Shown here one piece after another: positions 62,021 through 64,000 of a stretch of 64,000 bases of DNA. This DNA comes from an uncultured archaeon (GTDB taxonomy: Archaea > Asgardarchaeota > Lokiarchaeia > Sigyniarchaeales > SOKP01). A program made the position numbers and the translations under genes. The DNA lies in assembly GCA_964486045.1 (NCBI GenBank), contig CAZALK010000003.1, positions 128,001-192,000 of the forward strand. Direction: 5' to 3'. Under the pieces are notes generated by a model. It saw nothing but the letters and a program-made list of their open reading frames with translations. It did not search any database and was not told the DNA's origin. Each line of letters begins with the position of its first letter. Position 1 is the first letter of the stretch.

Positions 62021-62497
62021 TTAAAATCTCTTTTCTAATACTGTAAGAATTGGTTGAAACCCTAATTTTCCAAAGACTTCCAGCAATTTTTTATCAGCAG
62101 TATATGCAAGGTTTATCCTTACCGAATCGCAACCCCATGATTGTAATATTTGAATTGATCTCTCAGCTATAAGCTTGCCAACGCCCTTTCCTATGAATTC
62201 TTTCTTGGTTGCCCAATTATCTAAGCGTCCGATATACCTCCCAATAGTATTTTTAACAGCTTCAATCATTCCCATAGACACAACCTCTCCGGTTGATTTT
62301 AGTTCAGCAATCATTGTTATCCGTTTTAAATTAGGTTTAAACTGTCTTAAACCAGAAGACTCTCTCCATTGCTCTTCGTCAAATTCTACACCCATTAACT
62401 CATTTAGATTCTTCCAAATTTCTAATGTTGCCTGATAATCTGAGGTCCGGTAATTTCGGATGATAATATCTTCTTTATTTATCTGTTCTTTTAACAT
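62021..62497 (-). CDS. GNAT N-acetyltransferase
   Basis: IIRNYRTSD, FIGKGVGK, FGKLGF. Confidence 0.82.
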   Translation of the reverse strand: MLKEQINKEDIIIRNYRTSDYQATLEIWKNLNELMGVEFDEEQWRESSGLRQFKPNLKRITMIAELKSTGEVVSMGMIEAVKNTIGRYIGRLDNWATKKEFIGKGVGKLIAERSIQILQSWGCDSVRINLAYTADKKLLEVFGKLGFQPILTVLEKRF

Positions 62498-62505
62498 TAG
62501 AATGT

Positions 62506-63546
62506 CTAAATTTCGTTTGTTATTTTATCTAATAATTTTAAATCAATTTTTTGATTAAGAATTTTTTGGTGATACCCATCAACATCTCGTTCATTAATAG
62601 AAAATAAGTAGTCATCAATGTGAGGAATTTTTGGAACGATAAACAAGAGTTCCTCCTGGGGAAACCAGACATCAACCTCTTGGTTCATTACTTCTTTTTC
62701 AAAAAATTCTTGAACATGAGTAATTGTTATTGAAATATTTTTCAACTCTTCTTCTGTGTTGTTTTGAACAGTAAATTCAATTTCATGACTTTTTTCTAGT
62801 AGATTGATTTTATTAATAGAGAGTGGGAGTTTTCCGGATAGTTTTTGTTTTTCCGGATCAAATAATTCTATAGTTGAAAATCGATTTTTTCCTTTTAAAC
62901 TTCTAGGAAGAGAAAGCTCAAATCCCTTCAAGGCGAAATATGAAATGGCTCGTTGAGTTTTAATTGAGGGAGATCCTGACTTTTTTTTGATAATACTTGA
63001 AAAATGATCTTTAATTACTTTATCAATCAAATTTCTTATAAGTACCTTTATTTTTGTTCCCTTTGTTATACGCCCTATTGTATCTGGTGTTTTAATTATA
63101 GTATCACTGGCTATTTCGCTTTCAATAACTTCAAATAATTGATCTTCGAATTTATCCCTTAGTTGTTCTGTTAGTTTACTGATAAGATCGTCTCCAAAAA
63201 TCTCTAATTCAATTGGTAATGACACAATTAAAACTATTGTTTCTGGAGTTTTGAACTCAAGACCAGCACGTCTTTTTGTTCTTTTAGATTTTGTTAAAAA
63301 TTTTTTTCCAAAAAAAGTATATCCCTTATACTCCAAGTCAATATGGTCAAGATCTTCCGTTTCTAAGAACCATACTGGATGATAATGAATTGGTCGCATA
63401 TATTTTCTATTATTTCTGAGAAGATCATCAGGATATATAAATAGAGGAATTTGACCTTTTTTCTCATCAAAATACAACAGATATACAACGCATAAATCCT
63501 CATTAGGATTCTTTTCTAATGATTCATTATTAAACAAGTCACCCAT
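62506..63546 (-). CDS. uDENN/longin-like N-terminal domain plus Ig-like C-terminal domain
   Basis: LLYFDEKKGQIPLFIYP resembles the uDENN FDxxxGxxxxxxYP start; C-terminus has EIEFTVQNNTEEELKNISITI. Confidence 0.55.
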   Translation of the reverse strand: MGDLFNNESLEKNPNEDLCVVYLLYFDEKKGQIPLFIYPDDLLRNNRKYMRPIHYHPVWFLETEDLDHIDLEYKGYTFFGKKFLTKSKRTKRRAGLEFKTPETIVLIVSLPIELEIFGDDLISKLTEQLRDKFEDQLFEVIESEIASDTIIKTPDTIGRITKGTKIKVLIRNLIDKVIKDHFSSIIKKKSGSPSIKTQRAISYFALKGFELSLPRSLKGKNRFSTIELFDPEKQKLSGKLPLSINKINLLEKSHEIEFTVQNNTEEELKNISITITHVQEFFEKEVMNQEVDVWFPQEELLFIVPKIPHIDDYLFSINERDVDGYHQKILNQKIDLKLLDKITNEI

Positions 63547-63674
63547 GTGATACCAATTTTTAGATTTATTCAATAACAAATAAATAATCTAATTACATAG
63601 AGTTAAAGTTGTTCTTATTCTAAAAATTTAACTATCTTCGTTTGTATTTCGAATTCAATTATTATACGTCTACT

Positions 63675-63998
63675 TTATAATTGTTGTAAAATATTTTCTC
63701 CTTCTAGATAATCTAGAAGTTTTAAAATTTTGTGAGGGAATATGACCGTTTTATATTCTAAAGATAATAAGCTTGCTACTCTTAAGATGTTACACCCCTT
63801 ACATACCAAATTAATCAATTCACTGATTGCCCCTAAAAATTCAGATTTCAAGCTCTTGCAAAATTCCTTAAACAATGAATATTTATAGAGATCGATAAGG
63901 TGATGTTCATCAAATGGGCCATCGAAATTGGGCTTAAAAGTTAAATTTAATTTAGATTCTAATAACTTTTTTTCCTCATCCCTACAAAATTTTCTGGT
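63675..63998 (-). CDS. Hypothetical protein, 5'-partial (runs off window end)
   Basis: Frame stays open from the track ORF to the window edge (TRKFCRDEEKKLLESKLNLTFKPNFDGPF...). Confidence 0.6.
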   Translation of the reverse strand, partial: TRKFCRDEEKKLLESKLNLTFKPNFDGPFDEHHLIDLYKYSLFKEFCKSLKSEFLGAISELINLVCKGCNILRVASLLSLEYKTVIFPHKILKLLDYLEGENILQQL

Positions 63999-64000
63999 TT

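Noticed and set aside
537-62435. Numerous 60-125 aa track ORFs antisense to or nested in long genes
   Set aside because: Shadow ORFs of well-supported genes.
1-64000. tRNA, rRNA, CRISPR array, transposase or integrase
   Set aside because: No cloverleaf, rRNA-like tract, spaced repeat array or recombinase motif seen by eye. In-frame, stop-free introns in hypothetical genes could have been missed.

Overview
AT-rich, gene-dense archaeal window that looks like Asgard archaea (Lokiarchaeia-like). Support for that: longin/roadblock-like and uDENN-like proteins, IPGF-TM-basic C-terminal sorting tails, fwdBDA, a corrinoid methyltransferase pair, many acyl-CoA enzymes and poly-T terminators. I saw no rRNA, tRNA, CRISPR array or transposase. 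The main result is two adjacent protein-coding genes, a thiolase (57901-59106) and a MoxR/CoxD AAA+ ATPase (59295-60178). Each is interrupted inside a conserved catalytic motif by a tiny AT-rich hairpin (30 nt and 32 nt) whose junctions fold into a bulge-helix-bulge (BHB) motif. Cutting by the tRNA-splicing-endonuclease rule restores both reading frames and the family consensus, so these look like tRNA-type micro-introns in mRNAs. Secondary observations: a probable ACG start backed by an inverted 19-codon paralog stub; a catalytically divergent Fwd operon; an accessory region (about 49.8-54.7 kb) with nucleases, Zn-finger microproteins and two candidate structured RNAs; a C2H2-Smr fusion; and several decay scars. 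All product calls come from motifs read by eye; no searches were run.
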